Shown here: positions 61,791 through 64,000 of the stretch, one piece after another | Layout of the letters: each line of letters starts with the position of its first letter | Numbering within the stretch: position 1 is the stretch's first letter | Assembly: GCA_002633005.1 (NCBI GenBank) | Contig: NMRA01000361.1 | Span: 124,001 to 188,000 of the forward strand | Length of the DNA stretch: 64,000 nucleotides | Reading direction: 5' to 3' | From: Phoronis australis | Taxonomy: Eukaryota; Animalia; Phoronida | Made by a program: the position numbers and the translations under genes | The notes under the pieces: generated by a model | The model's input: the letters and a program-made list of their open reading frames with translations, nothing else | Told to the model about the DNA's origin: nothing | Databases searched by the model: none

Positions 61791-62824
61791 TCAAGTAAGG
61801 GTCATAATTTTAAGTACAAAACACAAAATATGCTTTAACAATATAGGGTCAATAAAACACAATTGTAAAACTCAACAGTCGCATACTTTAACGATTCAGC
61901 ATCTCAGAGAGAGAGAAAATGAGTTGCACACAAAGTTACTTAAACATGCAGTTTACATGATGGAACAAACACAAAAACACCACCCTAATGACTAGAATTA
62001 CTGCGTTCACATAACATTCCTAAACAATGAAAAATTCGTTTTGATTAACTGAAAGATTGTCCCTCAGCACATTCACAAGCAGCTGGCCACCACAACATGT
62101 TGACTACCAGATGAACTTTTAAATCAAGCCCAATGTTGTATTAAGAGTCTAGAAGAATGTCCAAATTTGGCTAACTTCAAAGCACATATCTTAGAAATGA
62201 CTGATTCATATCAAACTGTCAGATCTTTACTGCACTGTTCTCCAAAACGCATCAAAGCACTCCACTTTTGCAAAAAAGGCTATCAAAAATAGGACTTTTA
62301 TGATTTTCATGAAAAAATGCATCAGATGAAATTAGAATTCAGAAAACTTTAACAGCATTTCTGAGAATCCCTTTTGCATAAAATTTTGTATTTATTTAGC
62401 TAAATACATAACCTTAAACAAACATGATTAAAAATCAATGGAGACAGTTATTCATATTGGAAGTTTCAGACAAATGTTGCAAAATAGAATTCAGTATATT
62501 ACACACTTGAAACTGGTAAAGGTCGACAGTTTTAATGGACCGCACTGGAAATATGGGTGTGTCTAATTTGTCACACTTAGTTTAGATTGTTCGTCTATCG
62601 GCCTCTATCTCTGTGTTTTATTGTATTGTATTGTATTGATACCTATATTATCTTAAACCAATCAATCAATCAATGAAGACATCAGAAACAGTCTAGTCTT
62701 GCATGAGTAAATAGATCACAGTGGCGGATCTAGGATATCACAAGGGGGGGCCAACATTTTGTCCGGCTGTAAGCATTTGAGCAAACTGAACCACAATTGT
62801 AGATACGCATAGCACCAAATGAGG

Positions 62825-63215
62825 GGAGATCGGGAGGGGGGTTTGCCCCCCTCCCGCCCAGGAAATTTTTCTGTTTTTACCTCTAAAAATCAAGCATTTT
62901 CCTTGATTCCTGAAGTGTAATCCAACAAAAAAAGGAAAAAAAACACGGAGAACGTATCAAACAGGAAAAAACTGCGAGTACCAAAGACTAGAACTCACGA
63001 CCTGGAGGATAGAGCGCGCCTGCGTNGGAGATCGGGAGGGGGGTTTGCCAGGAAATTTTTCTGTTTTTACCTCTAAAAATCAAGCATTTTCCTTGATTCC
63101 TGAAGTGTAATCCAACAAAAAAAGGAAAAAAAACACGGAGAACGTATCAAACAGGAAAAAACTGCGAGTACCAAAGACTAGAACTCACGACCTGGAGGAT
63201 AGAGCGCGCCTGCGT
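62825..63215. repeat. ~200-bp tandem duplication joined at a single N (63026); probable assembly overlap
   Basis: 62825-63025 and 63027-63215 are identical except for a ~12-bp deletion. Confidence 0.85.
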
Positions 63216-63235
63216 TACCACTACACCACCACGAT
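63170..63235 (-). pseudogene. tRNA-derived sequence
   Basis: Minus strand TGGTGTAGTGGTAACGC...GAGTTCTAGTC (box A / box B-like); not a complete cloverleaf. Confidence 0.5.
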
Positions 63236-64000
63236 TTATTACTAATCTCATACTATAAGAGACCTACTTGTGTATGGTCCACAGCGTTTGCGCGCGAAAC
63301 CTACTTCTTTTTGTAATGCTTATTACACGTTTTATATTTTGTGCCATAAATTCTTAACAAATTTGTCGTATTTAAAATAGTCTTTAAATGCCCAAAAGAC
63401 CAAATCCGTTTTTCGTGTTGGCAATAATGACGGGATTGCTTTGGAAATCGTCTTAAGATAAGGTTTGACAAAGAGAGTATTGCGAGTTTCTGAGTGATTC
63501 ACTAAGGCTTCGATTGAAATTCACACCTTACCAGCAGCTTCTGTTTTTTCATCGTCACTCCGGTTCCATGAAGTAAATTTTCTTCATTGCACAGTGGAGC
63601 AGACGACGGAAACGGAGTCGTAGTGCGCAGCACCACTACCGGTCGCCTGGGATATCGCGGGAAAGCCTATACTTAGCCATAGTTCCGTTACGAATGCGCC
63701 GTGTTCCGAATTTGACACTTGAAATTGGATTTGAGCCTCCCCCCAACACTAAAACTGCACACATTTAAATCTTTTTTCATCAGTATAATTTTAATTACCG
63801 GGGTTAATTAATAAACTCAACATTTACCTACGCTCTTACTGTTTTATTTTTTGCGGCATCCAAGGGGGGGGGCTGGGCCCCCTGGGCCCCCCCTAAATCC
63901 GCCTATGAGTCATCAAATTAATTGAAGAAGTTGGAATTCTAGGGATTCGTATCCTGAAGTTGCTTCAATGCTTTGATGGCAGTTTTTGTACACGTGAGAT

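Larger units (their letters stand above)
62719..63907 (+). mobile_element. Longer family-B element with internal tRNA-like sequence
   Basis: The left end CAGTGGCGGATCTAGGATA.CA.AAGGGGGGG.CAACAT matches the reverse complement of 25195-25240. The right end is CTAAATCCGCCTATG. Flanks GATCA/AGTCA. Confidence 0.7.

Overview
AT-rich, repeat-rich genomic window from an animal draft assembly, most likely a bilaterian marine invertebrate (taxon not determinable by eye). It has two N gaps and four single-N joins. It holds two convergent spliced genes. (1) On the minus strand, a complete 7-exon Tbx1/10 T-box gene (57802->34767, about 452 aa; all six introns GT-AG and phase-consistent). (2) On the plus strand, a 5'-partial SLC43-family (SLC43A3/LAT3-like) MFS transporter with 8 visible exons (13749->26754). 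The rest is transposon debris: LINE RT fragments, a TTAA-flanked Kolobok derivative with a THAP relic, an IS3EU-like integrase relic, a pogo-like end, a MITE family with 5-bp TSDs, and tRNA-like and hairpin elements. Three observations stand out. (a) A Helentron/HINE-type element just past the Tbx1 3' end carries ~445-bp tandem units holding about 11 co-oriented CTCF-like motifs, a candidate mobile insulator cassette at the edge of the Tbx1 domain. (b) A minimal Penelope-type hammerhead ribozyme lies in sense orientation in Tbx1 intron 2. (c) This Tbx1 has an N-terminal extension with a Tbx20/15/18-style eh1 Groucho-binding motif. All calls were made by eye, without database searches.
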